Assembly (NCBI GenBank): GCA_020891255.1
Contig: BQFW01000003.1
Coordinates: forward strand, 744,001 to 808,000
DNA length: 64,000 nucleotides
From: Entomortierella parvispora E1425
Lineage: Eukaryota; Fungi; Mortierellomycota
Direction: 5' to 3'
The notes beneath the pieces were generated by a model. It worked only from the letters and a program-made list of their open reading frames with translations. It ran no database searches and was not told where the DNA came from. Both the position numbers and the translations under genes were made by a program. This document shows positions 12,712 through 27,955 of this stretch, piece by piece (the stretch's first letter is position 1; the number at the start of each line of letters is the position of its first letter).

Positions 12712-13629
12712 CTACTTGTTGTGCCACAAGAAGTTCTTGAGGGTGTTCCAACGGTTCGAATCGATGTAAATGTACTGCATAGAGGCCTGGAGAGAGGGCT
12801 GGAGCACATCGCGCTCGTTCTGGAACAGGAACATGACTGTGGCCCAGACAAGCGAGGCAAAGATGGGGAAGGTTTGTGTTGGCTCTGCGATGACGTTCTT
12901 CTTGACAGGCAACTTGGCAAGACCCATCATAATACGCGAGAACAGATACAAGACAATCTGAAGGTTGTGGGAGTGAAGGAAGAGAGGAAGCGATTAGGAT
13001 TCGTGGTTATTTCCATCAATTGGTGGCAATCCAGTCAAGGCAGCCCTTTATCCAATTGATCCTAAATTCTCCAAATACGGCTGCTCCAAGATCCTTTCGT
13101 GCAAGAGACGAGTATCCTCAAGGTGATAAGAATGTGGTCAGTCATCACAACATACCTGCTGGTTCACGTTGTTGTTTTCGCCAAAGACCATGTAACCTCC
13201 GACCAATCCGGCCAAGAACGAATCCAAAGGTCTTTCCTTGCCGTGCATCCTCCGTTGCACAATCAACAGGGTCTTGTAGATTGTAGCAAAGAAGGCCAAG
13301 TTCCTGGCATGCTGCCTTGTCGCCTTGAGTACGAAGTGAGACATGTCCTTGAAGCTGGCAAGTGTGGAGTAGAAAGTCGCGGATCGGGAAACGGAGTTTT
13401 CGTTAATATGAATAGCTCAGAGTCTCGGTGTGTCTTTTCATTTTTGTTCCTTCTATAGTCTGAGAACATACTTTGACCGACGGAAGAGCAATGTCATGAC
13501 CAAGGCATGAGGGAAGCGGATCTTTGCTCCATAGACGAGACCATTCCTGAAACCCTTGACGATGGAGAGGATGTCATGGTACTCGGGGGTGAGGATGAAC
13601 TGAGTGGCGGCCTGCTTGATGGAATCCAT
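12712..13629 (-). CDS. PXMP4: Peroxisomal membrane protein 4 (PMP24, Tim17/22/23 family)
   Basis: Three exons: MDSIKQ..KGFRNGLVYGAKIRFPHALVMTLLF / KATRQHARNLAFFATIYK..DSFLAGLVGGYMVFGENNNVNQQ / IVLYLFSR..LQASMQYIYIDSNRWNTLKNFLWHNK. Confidence 0.93.
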
Positions 13630-14954
13630 TGTCAAATAGAATGCCAATGCGTAATGAAAGGAAAGGAGTGAAGAGAAAAGAGGAGGGGATATCGAAGAGT
13701 AAATGAGTGAAAGAGAAAGAGAGAACAAGAGCAGGAAACAGAGAGAGGGAGAGAGGGAAGGAAGTGAAAGAGAGAGAGAGAGCGAATCCCTTCATCCTGG
13801 AAAGTAATTTCGCTTGGTCATGCCCGCAAGATTACAGTTTACAGATGCGAATCTCCCCCTCGCTTTGTCGTCGTCATCTTCACATTAGCTGGTCTTCTGT
13901 GCCTGTGTCTCTCCCTCGCTCTCTTGCGATGCAGTTCATTCCTTCGTCTTGGCATTGGCATTGATTCCCCTCTCTGGTTCACTCTCTCCCTGGCTCCTAC
14001 TCTTTTCTTCGTTCTCCCTCTAGACGGACTTGATCGCCGCGAGCGCCCGTCCCTTGAACCAGACCGGACCGCTGTTTTCCCTGAGTCAACCTTGCTGGGT
14101 GGCACGAGTTTGCTCTCAGGAGGGGAACACACGTGAAAAAAGAATATTGTTGCTGTTCATGTTGAAGTTCCTTGTCCTCCCTCTCTGTCCCTCTGTCCCT
14201 CTGTCCCTCTCTCCCTCTCGTTCTTTTCTCTCCACGGACACACTCCCTCCACCAACCTGCTCCCTGTCCTTGTTTGTCCTTCTCTTTCTCCGAGACGCGT
14301 GGCACCGCATGCGGACAATTAAAACCAGAGGCACCTTCAAACGACTGGCTGCACTCGATCGAATGTTGTTTTCCTGTCCCTCTTCTTCCTCTTCCTCCTT
14401 TTCCAACCCAACAGACTGGAGCGGTGTGCGTGCAAATAGTCTGGAGAGAGATGGCTAAAGTCGCCTAAAAAGGCTCAGTGATCCTCCACTTTCTTCCCCA
14501 CATGCGGGCGGGCACCAATGGCACCAGAAATGATCTACAGTCATCAACACCATGCCCTTGTACTGACTGTTAGCTTTTAGTCCTTTACACTTATAGTTAT
14601 TAGTTTGTAGGCCCTCGTTCCGATCTCGATCAGGTGCTGTAGCTCATCATGGTCACTTGCCCAATCTCACATTGTATAGAATTAATGTGAACAATAAAAG
14701 GCACAAACAAGAGGACGTCAAGGGACACATTTGTGGAGGTGCAATTTTGCTGGCTGCATCTTTCCGCCTCATGTGGGGTATATTTGGAAGAGAGGTAGGG
14801 TTGGTCCTGAAAGGTCCCTTCAAGGAAGGCCCTCTGTGAGTGTAGGTCAGAAAGCTGTGCCGACGTGCGCGATACAGGCAAGAAAGAACGACAAAGAAAC
14901 CGTTTCTCACGGTGCTCAAAGGTTACTCGTTGTTTGTTTGTGATAATATCAACC

Positions 14955-15019
14955 CACGCGTCCCACGCGTCCGTCTATCATTCATAAGTTTACTGTAGAT
15001 GCAGCAGGGCACGCGTCCC
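14955..15019 (+). promoter_or_regulatory. Three CACGCGTCC (MCB-like ACGCGT core) motifs upstream of the septin-like/ankyrin gene
   Basis: ACGCGT at 14956, 14965 and 15011, each flanked by C before and CC after, about 500 bp 5' of the ATG at 15504. Confidence 0.4.
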
Positions 15020-15503
15020 TGGTCGAACCCTGCGCTTTCGCTCAACTGGGAACAATCGCACTGTCCCTCTCTGCACGGTCAGGATTGACAAAGTGCCTGA
15101 AGATGACGCAAGGGATGCTCTGGGTTCCGCGGGATGACTCTTGTCATTTCATTCTTCCCCTTTTGCTGTGGTCGTAGATTGGGGTTGTTGTGCCTCTGAC
15201 CTCTGGCTCTGGATGTTCTCAGCCCGAGCCCCGGCTGGTTCAACTCTAGCGCTCACATCCTCTTTGGCACGGCAGCATAGCCGTAATTATCCAGAGCTGG
15301 GCAGCGCACTAGATGAAATTAGCCTGTCTTTGCCATCCTGCAGTGCTAGGCTTGGCTCTCTGACCTCCGCTTGCATTACCCGCCCTTGCCTGGAATCCAT
15401 CCACTGCATTCCTTTCCTTCATTCCCCTTCTCTCCCTCTCTCCCCTCCTCCCCCCCTACATTCCGCCAGTCATTAGCATCTCCACTCTCTCATTCTTTCC
15501 ATC

Positions 15504-18330
15504 ATGACCCTGGCCACACTCGATCCTTTCGGTAACTTTTTGCCCACCCTTTTGTTACAAAGTTACACCATGGCCAAAAACACACCAGAACTTGAACGTT
15601 GACCAATGTTGCATTTGGGATGGCATCCCTTTCTTCCATTAGCTACCGGCGTCAATGACCAAACTTCGACTTCTTCAGCATCTCTTCGTTTCTTGCTACT
15701 GGGAGATGTTGGCGTGGGTAGACGCGCCTTTGTCGACACATTCATTGCCTCCCTCGAAGGCGTGAACTCAAACACAGTCCTTCAGGAAAATATCCCTCGA
15801 CCCAACATTCAGTCTTCAACCTCTCTTTCTCCCTCGGCAATCTCTTTGCCCGCCGTCCATGTCCAGACATCTCCTGTCTTTGGCCCAGGAAAGAAGGGCG
15901 CTTCGTCGCCTTTTGATGACCCTCTTGGACTAGTTCCACCAAACGTGCAAACCCCTGGACGAGATCTGTGGTTTGTCACGTTGCCTGGGTACTCTTCAAC
16001 CACCAATCCATCCTCGGTCCTCTCGATGACCGATGACTATCTCAACCACCACCTCCTGACGACCACCTCCATCTTTTCGCCTACTATCCCATCCGCTCAA
16101 CTGGCCTGGTTTCTCATGACTGGAGGTCGTGCTCACACCTTGCCCACATGCGCTTTCTATTTTGTACTCTATGAGCTCAAGCCGGTGGACATCCTTTATA
16201 TGAAACTGGTGCATGAACGCGTCAACTTGGTCCCGATCATCACCAAAGCCGACACTGTCTCGTCCAGAGAACTCTGGATCCTCAAACGGAGAATGATTCG
16301 ACAGCTCAAGCTCAACGGTATCAAGTTTCATACGTTTGGCATGGATTTGGAGACGGTCGAGGCCATGACAGATCGTCATGAATGGGGTGCCCCTCCATTC
16401 GCAGTGAGCTCTCGCAGGGATCAAAACGGACAACTGCCACAAAGTGAGTTGGGCCAGTTGATCAAATTGTGCCTTTATGAACAGCTCAGACACAGCCAGG
16501 AGGAAGCAGCGCGCAAGGTCATCGAATGGAGGTGAGAGCGAGTATATTTTTTAGTTTGTGACGATGCTTCCAGAACAACTGGATCCCGATACAACCGTTC
16601 ATTGTACAAAATGGATTGCAATCCTCTCCCTAACACATGGAATTCGCTTTGTGAGCTGTAGAAGAGCGTTCGGTCCGTCTGGATACCCGGCGACCACCGT
16701 AGCTGAAAAGGTTTGGGGAGAGCGTGCGGCAGATGACGGCACAAGCTCATCTGATCGACGACCAGCACTGGCCACAGATACGCGACCGACTGAACTGACA
16801 ACGTCCGGTAGTTCTTTTTACAACAATCCGGAATTTGAAGCGCAACTCATCAGCCAATACGTTTTACGCCAGGAAGATGTCGCCAGCCCGCCTTCGGCAC
16901 AGGCAGGGACGTTGGGATTTGAGTCGCCGACTGGAGAGACGTCCCCTGTGAAGGACATGTCGACTAAGCCCTACGGCGTGTCGATGTATACCTCACCCAA
17001 TTTAACAGCGGCTGAGGCACGGTTGTCTCTGATCCATCAGACGACAGGAATGAGTGTGGACAGCTCCACTCGACCGAATGAGATCATGGACGACAAGGTG
17101 AACACTGTTCATACACTTTCCGATGGCCAATATGCCGCCTCTGGCGCAGCCATCGAAGGGTAAGGGCTCATTCTTGAATTACAATAGTGGAATCAAGGAA
17201 GCAGATGACGAGCAGTTTCAAGGTGCTCAACAAACTGAATCGACCCTAATCGCTCACACACCTTTCTTTTTGTATTTCGATTATAGCACGGAGTTCAAAG
17301 TAGAAGTTCCGAACTCGGGAACCTATCAACAAATGCAGTACCACCAGCCCTTGCCACAGCAGGAGCCATCGTATCTAGTGCAGGGAGGATACCCGACCAC
17401 GGCTGGTGCCTATATTGTGCCAGACATGTACCAACCAGGATTAGCATTTTCTTTGTCACCAGGAGAGGCGCTGGGTGACATTTGGGAAGCAACAGAATTG
17501 GGTGACATTGCGACCGTTCAACGGCACCTGAACAATGGCGCGTCACCGGATCAACGCAACGCGTCTCGATCGACCCTTTTGCACCGCGCTGCATGGCAGG
17601 GATCCCGACCCTACGGGATGATGAACCTCTTGATCTCTTATGGAGCCAACGTAAATTTGGCCAACGAAAACGGTAATACCGTTCTGCAAAACGTGCTGAT
17701 GAAGCACGATGATCCGGCTTTGATCAAGTTGTTGCTCGACAATGGAGCAGAGACCAACATTCCCAACAAGGAAGGAATGAATACTTTGGAGGTCGCGGCA
17801 TTGTTCAACAAGTTGGATTCTGCAAAGTACTTGCTGGATCATGATCTGGAGTCCTCGGAGCCACAGAGTATCACGAATGCATTGACTCGGGCACGCAGTC
17901 CCGACAAGAAGCTGATGAAAATGTTGCTCAAGAGTTGGCAGGGCAAGGAAGGAGAAAAGAAACGAAGCGACCTTGTGGAGAGACTGCTGAGTCCTCCGAA
18001 TAGCAGCCCCAATCCAGTTCCGGTACAGGGACAGCAGGCACCAACAACACATCCTGTCATGCACAACCGTAGTTTGAGTCAATTGCAGAACCAAAGCCAG
18101 AGTCAAATTGCGGACGCCACCAGTATCCACAGCACGGATACGCAGAAGGGAGGCGATGGAAAGTATGTTTTTGTGAAGTGGGCTCGGCAGATAAAATGAC
18201 AGGATGTATGGATATAAGACCTGAAGTCGGACAAGTTGTCTAAACCAAAACACAATGGTCAACCCTTTTCTATAACCATAGCGCCAACTCGAGCAAGGCC
18301 AGCTCCATCCACTATGAAGGTAGGTGTTCG

Positions 18331-18363
<33 letters not shown>

Positions 18364-18581
18364 GGCTCGTGATCTGTCATGGCGTTGTATTCTTATTTTG
18401 GTGGCAAACATCCCCTGACCAATTTTTTGTTGTTTGGGACACAGAAAATGGAACGACGATCTCCTCCAACTCATCGACTGCCCAGTCAAGCAGTCAGTCC
18501 AAGCATACGAGCCGATTCAACCTCAAGACCATGCGAGCAGCAGCACCCTCGATGAGCAACCTGTTTAGCCGTAAACCGTAA
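15504..18581 (+). CDS. Septin-like GTPase domain fused to ankyrin repeats (~821 aa)
   Basis: Exons 15504-15531, 15643-16531, 16662-17159, 17287-18162, 18282-18319 and 18445-18581 total 2466 nt in frame, all GT-AG. Septin landmarks: LRFLLLG..G, LPGY, CAFYFV..LKPVDILYMKLVHERVNLVPIITKADT..EL..LKRRM and PFAV. About 4 ANK repeats at ~17480-17840. Confidence 0.85.
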
Positions 18582-18739
18582 TGATATTTTATGACAACCC
18601 GACATTGTTTTTTAGCATCGTCCTACGAAAAAAAAAACCCCCCCTTGCTCCTTTTACACGCATTCCCGTCATCCGCCTTGGTCCTCGTCCTCGTTCTCGT
18701 TTCTCCAATTCCTTCTTGTCTTGTTGGACAGATCAGACT

Positions 18740-19085
18740 TTACGGAATGCTAACGTAGCGAAGACGACGGCGCTCTCGGTCATTGACGAGGCTATGGTTA
18801 TAAAAAAGAGTCAGTAGAGTAGATGAGTAGATGTTAAAATAAGACAATGCATGATGACATGACAAACAAAGAGCTCTTCCTTTTGTCCACCCGAGACACG
18901 TACAAGTAGATGATAAGTCCAATAATAGGACATAAAAAGATGAGAAGGCTCCAAAGAATCTTTGACGAGAAGGGCTTGTTGGATTGAAGGACTTGGATGA
19001 CAGCGTAGAGATCGAGGACAAAAATCAGGACGCTGAGCACTGAGCCAGAGTAATAGAGGCCAGGGTCGATGGGAGAAGAAATCAT
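18740..19085 (-). CDS. Small membrane protein, stand-alone PLDc_N (cardiolipin synthase N-terminal) domain, 77 aa
   Basis: Exons 19085-18904 and 18791-18740 (intron GTACGT..CATAG) give MISSPIDPGLYYSGSVLSVLIFVLDLYAVIQVLQSNKPFSSKILWSLLIFLCPIIGLIIYFLVNDRERRRLRYVSIP. The D..A...v..S....K.lW...I...P.iG.i.Y pattern matches PLDc_N. Confidence 0.8.
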
Positions 19086-19140
19086 TGCGTGTGAATAGGT
19101 CAGAGATATGTATTGGCCAGAAAATGTATGTATGGGGGAC

Positions 19141-19192
19141 AGAGAAAGAGAGAGAGAGAGAGTGTGTGTGTGTGTGTGTGCGTGTGTGTGTT
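19141..19192. repeat. Compound (GA)n(GT)n microsatellite
   Basis: Read directly. Confidence 0.9.
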
Positions 19193-20080
19193 TGTGTGGT
19201 GGGGAAAGAGAGAGAGGGGAAAAGAGAACGAGAGAGAAGTGTGAGAAGAAGGGCAGGGAGAGACGACGCCAAGGAAAGCCAAGCCAATGGTCCACCCCCG
19301 CCTCTGTGCGCGATCTCCACGTGATTCAACGCAAGGCGCAGACGCGACACGACACGCATGGGAGGGGGGTTAGTCAAACCCCACACACTGCTGCGAAGGT
19401 ACACTGACCATCGCACACGACAAGTGGCACGCAGATGGGCACGGTTTGGGTGAAGGAAGTACTTTGTGGTGCGAGCTGGGAACTAGACTGGAGTTCAACA
19501 TAAAGAGGGGTTAAAGAGGCGTTGGTGCAAGCACGTTTGTAGCGTAACTGTACTGTACAGTACTTTTTGATGTCCATACGTGCAAATGAGAAGGAGGTGA
19601 AAAGGAGAGAAGAAAAAAGCAGGACCAGGAGATCACGTCCGGAGGAAGAACAGCGCCGAGGAGGGGTCCAGCGATAGGCAGACAGGCAGAGTGGGGAGTG
19701 AGTGGGAGGTGGGGCCAAGAAGCAAGACAAGGTGGGGTCCGAAGGCAGGGAAGGAGGGGAGCGGATGGACGAGCACGACCCGCCGAGGGAGGCACGGACA
19801 CTGTCGGATGGATCGCAGTGCTGTCGCACCCAACATAGCGAGCAAGGATTACAAGTAAGAGAGAGAACAGAAGAAAGAAAGAAAGAAAGAAACAGGAAAC
19901 GGTCACAAAACCCAAAAAGAGCGGAACTCAGCTCCCTTCTCTGACTCTGACTCGATCCCTTTCTGAGTGTGCCCATGCCGCCACTCTCTGCTGGGAGTGG
20001 TACCAGTCAGTCAGTCGCCTCTCTGGTCCGCTTTGTCTCTTTCCTTCTTCACTCCCTGTCGTCTGCATCCCCACATCCCC

Positions 20081-20136
20081 TTCCTCTTTTCCTCTTTTCC
20101 TCTTTTCCTCTTTTCCTCTTTTCCTCTTTTCCTCTT
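20081..20136. repeat. (TTTTCCTC)n octamer tandem repeat in the 5' flank of PFK2/FBPase2
   Basis: About 6 near-perfect units. Confidence 0.9.
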
Positions 20137-20233
20137 CCTTGCATCCCCCGCATCCGCTTCTTCATTTCTTCGCGCTCTTTGCATCTTTCATACCTTCCAT
20201 CCCTTTTCATTCTCATCTGCATCTACCTCCACT

Positions 20234-23838
<3,605 letters not shown>

Positions 23839-24058
23839 TCATGCCTCTCAGCCGCTGGACGCTCCTCCAATTGGATAGTCTTTGGAGAAAGAGAAAGACC
23901 TCAAAAAGTCTGCCTCCTCCCATGTGTCGTCGTCAACTCCATCCTCTTCATGTAAAATAACTATAAAGTCAATATTGTTCTCATTGCTTTTTTTCGATAT
24001 CAATGTTTGTTGTTTTTTCAATTGGGAGAATGAGAATCGCTACGGGGTTGAACGAGAG

Positions 24059-26396
24059 TTACGCTGTTGTTTCGCGCGCTCCAAGATTTCCAGAGTACCG
24101 CAACAAGCCTCCGTCCTTGGTGATGGCCGTCAGGGCGGGTCCACCTGCCACCAATCGCGCATGGCAGGGACCATCCAAATCAAAGCCGACATATTCGCGG
24201 CGAAGTTGGATAGCGGGATCTCCTGCAGCCTTGGTTTCGTATAATCCGCTGTCATCTAGGGTCCAAACAAAGGCGTCGCCCATTAGATTCAGGTAGCAAA
24301 GATACCATCGAAGCTTTTGTTGACCCAAATATCATACAAGAAACTTACCACATCCGACAATCAAATGGGGAGTCTCCCCTGCTGCGTCCTTTGCCTCTGA
24401 AAAGAGGAGACTGGAGACGCCAGCCGTGCCTCGCTGATGCCTACTCAAAACTTGACTATAGAGACAGAATCCATCGTTGCAAAGTCATGAGTATACAGAT
24501 TATTCGATCATCACCAGCAAACATCTTTGGCTTTGGAAGCAATACGTACTCAAATTTTCGAATATCAAAAACCTCGACAACTCCCTCTGAGGTTCCCGTG
24601 GCCACAAGCGAATGTTGTGCCGAGTAAGCACACGACCGAACAGGGGCCTGGTTGAATGATCTCTTTTGGAAGGCCTTTATGTAGGAGAGGATGGGTAGGA
24701 AGAAAGCATTAGTGTTTTTCTTCCCAAGCAAACTACAGAAGATGATGTAAATAAGTTACCTCCTCCGACGCCCTGACATCCAGTCCGTAGATGTGTCCGT
24801 CGTTGGATGCAGCAATGACCAACTTTCCTTCTGTTCCAATTTCACGAGTGTCTATAGGTTGCGGACCAAATAGTGAGTTACATGTCACCCTATGACATTT
24901 GATAAGAACGACTTGGATTTTTTAAAGCAATATCTTACCCACAGGAATCTTGGATTCCAAAGGCGTTGCCCAAGTATCCACAGCAATTGCATTCACTTTG
25001 TCATTTCCGTGCATCAACGTTCTAATGGTGGCTCCAGATGCTATCAAAGTCCCAGGAATGAAGTTATTAGATCCTGTGTGTTTATAGACTGCTGCAATAT
25101 AAAAAGTTCAAGGCAACACCTACCAACTTCCCACAGCTTGACAGTGCCGTCGCTTGAAGATGCTAACGGTCGCAAAAGGCAAAGGTTCCTGTATTAGACA
25201 TACGTTTCACTATTGCACATGGTCACTCAGATAGTCCAACGACATACACAAAATATTTCTTCCTCTGTCAATGATGGCGGTATCAGTTACAGCTAAACGG
25301 TTCAAGTAAGATCAGACGGTCAGAACTGGTTCTTCCTTCCAATATTATTTTCTCTGCCAAGTTCAAACCTTTAACATGACCCTTCATGGTGACGGGGCAA
25401 GAGCCATCCAGGACAGACCAAACCTTAAGTAGAAAATCGCCGCCACCACTCAGAATGACTATATCCAGAAATCGGTGGAAATGTTTAGTTAATGCTGTTG
25501 TCATGTCCAGGGTCGACATTTCAGGTCCTCGATGGATTACCTTGTCCTGATGGGAAGAACTTGCAAGTGTTGACGTACTGCACATGACCTTTCAGCTCTT
25601 TCTGTGATCCACAAGACAAAATTGATTAGAAAGTTTGTCTTGACCAACAAGAAGCATAGAGGACATGGACCAACATGTACCGTAACGCGTCCAGTAGCGG
25701 ATTCGCCAAGACGCAAGATCCCGTCTTCTGATCCAGTAACAAACAGTGCTCCCTCTGGCGAGACATCCATGCATGCGATCTAGTCCAAGAGGATTGAAAA
25801 TAACTGTTAGAAACAAAAGTAGGGATAGATGCCTAGCCCATTTGGGTTCTCTGGTCTCTATTACCTTGGCAATGCTAGTCTTTCGTCCAGTGCCGTAGAC
25901 TTCAACTTCGATATTGTCGTATTCGGGAATCTGCACCTTGAACGAGTACTTTGGGCGATAGTGCAATAATAGAAAAAAGTTCAGTCTTCAGAATGAACCC
26001 TGTTCGTTCATTGAATGTGTCGTGGACCATGCTCAATGGAAACATACATTCGAGATCGCCTCGAGAACAATTCCGTCGCGTCCGGAAAACTGAGCCTGTT
26101 TGTCTCCAACCACGGAGACCTTTGCAGCTCCATGAACGGAGGGAGAGCCTAGTATGGAATCAAAGAAGTGTCGAGAAGATATCAGTTTTGGTATTTTTCA
26201 TTTTAAATAGAAGGTGAATCCTCCAAGCAGCAATGGTCACCCAAGACTCTCTTCCTCATGGGGTACCTCGCTTGTAACATGAGACCCAGAATGAGCCAGT
26301 GCTGTTAAGTCTCAACGCCTCGGCCACGACGTCTGTCCAATCAGCCTGAACAGTGACCTGGACCAGCGTTGTTGGTGAGTTGCCTTCGATGCCCAT
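24059..26396 (-). CDS. PAAF1: WD40 proteasome assembly chaperone PAAF1/Rpn14
   Basis: N-terminus VTVQADWTDVV..GSFWVSCYK, and WD repeats DVSPEGALFVTGSEDGILRL, LKGHVQYVNTCKFFPSG, VILSGGGDFLLKVWSVLDGSCPVTMKGH and SSSDGTVKLWEV. Multi-exon; internal boundaries not fully resolved. Confidence 0.85.
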
Positions 26397-27955
26397 TGCG
26401 TAGTTAGAAAGTAGGTAGAGAAGAATGAAGACATTCCCGTTCTTTTTTTTTTGGGAGTTGAAGAAATGGTCACGTGAGCGACCGACGCGTACCGCGACTT
26501 ACGCGTCCTTTTCCCTATCTCGATCTTCCTCCAATGCTCTGGGCATCTTGTTCGAAAGTTCACTCGCCTAGGTCTATCCTAGAGAGATGAGGCGCAAGAT
26601 GGAGATGTCCAAAAAGAGCAAGTTGTCATCATTTACCCACGCTTCGGCTGTCCTGCCTCTTCACTTTGTCAGTGTTCTTCTTCTGTGCCTCCTACCACTT
26701 GAGGGACAGGATAATTCCGGTTCCGAAAGTTTTTGCTGCCTCGAAAAGACAGGTGCCACCCTGCCTGCATCATGCATGGGATCACAATCGTGCGGGGTGT
26801 GTGCAGGTGCAGGTATCTGGATAAGGTACCTTCGAAATCAAGTTGTGTTCACTAGGGCTCCTATGCAAGGGTTCAACCGTTTGTCAAGCCTAGACCTGCA
26901 GTTGTTCCTTTATCGCCGCCTCAACTGTTTGCTCCCTATGTCATGGAGTCACTTCATCCAGGCAGGGCAATCAACACAGTGAATCTTTTCCAAAAAAAAA
27001 CGGCACATGGACAATAAAAACCACTGTCCGCCTGCCAATTTTCCGTAGGAAAGGGCCGCTTTGTTCTCTTTTGACCTGGGTAAATTTTTTTATTTTTATT
27101 TGTTTGTTTTTTGTTCACCCAGGGGTGAGGGGACCCTGCCAGGACGTTGTCATGGTCAGATATCATTTCTTCCTCATGACCTCAAAACGCGACTCTTTGA
27201 CGAACGTGCTTCGGACTTTGGTCAAGAGTTGACAAAGGATCATCCACTGACAGAGCGAAGGATCTGTCAAGCATGGAACGATTGGCTCAGAAGTCATCCG
27301 CTTTTCTCCCAAAGCGCTCCGATTGTGCAACGTATCTGAGCCTTTGTAACAGGGACCCAGGGGGAGGGGGAACTAAATAATGACTAAAAATCATTTGACA
27401 AAAACACCAAGGGAAAGGGTTTTGCAGTCCGAGCAAAAAAAAATGGCCATCGGTAGTGCGAGGATAGTGCATGAAGGAAAAATTGTGGCTAGGGAAACGA
27501 GAGCCCTTGCCCTGTTCACATTCAGGGAGCCTTGGCTTGGCTCTCAAAAAATAAAGACACGATCACCGAGGAGAAGAGGAGAGAAGACCATCGTGTTTGT
27601 GGGAAAGTTCTTTTCCATTACCCTTTGGAACGTGTCTCGATAGTCAAAGGGACAATGGAGCATCCTTGCCATTTTGAAAGTGTTTTTGAATGGGTTGATT
27701 GGCTCTCAGTGAATCCTGTCAACAGTTCAGAGACGCTGATTGGGGAGGAAGGAGTGAGAGAGCATCGAAGGATATTGCCATACCTCTTCTCTCATCTCCT
27801 CCCATGTATTTTCCATTGAAGGACACAAGTCTTCAAATTCCTATAAAGACAGAAGCGTACCCCTAGTCTTTTTTCTGCTGTTACTCACCACTTCCTCTGG
27901 CTCAATCTCCACTCTTCTCCTTCTCTTCCTCAAAAAAAAAAAAATCACGACAACC

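Noticed and set aside
26587-27819. Short ORFs between PAAF1 and the nuclease, e.g. DLKTRLFDERASDFGQELTK..
   Set aside because: No consistent splice model or recognisable motif.
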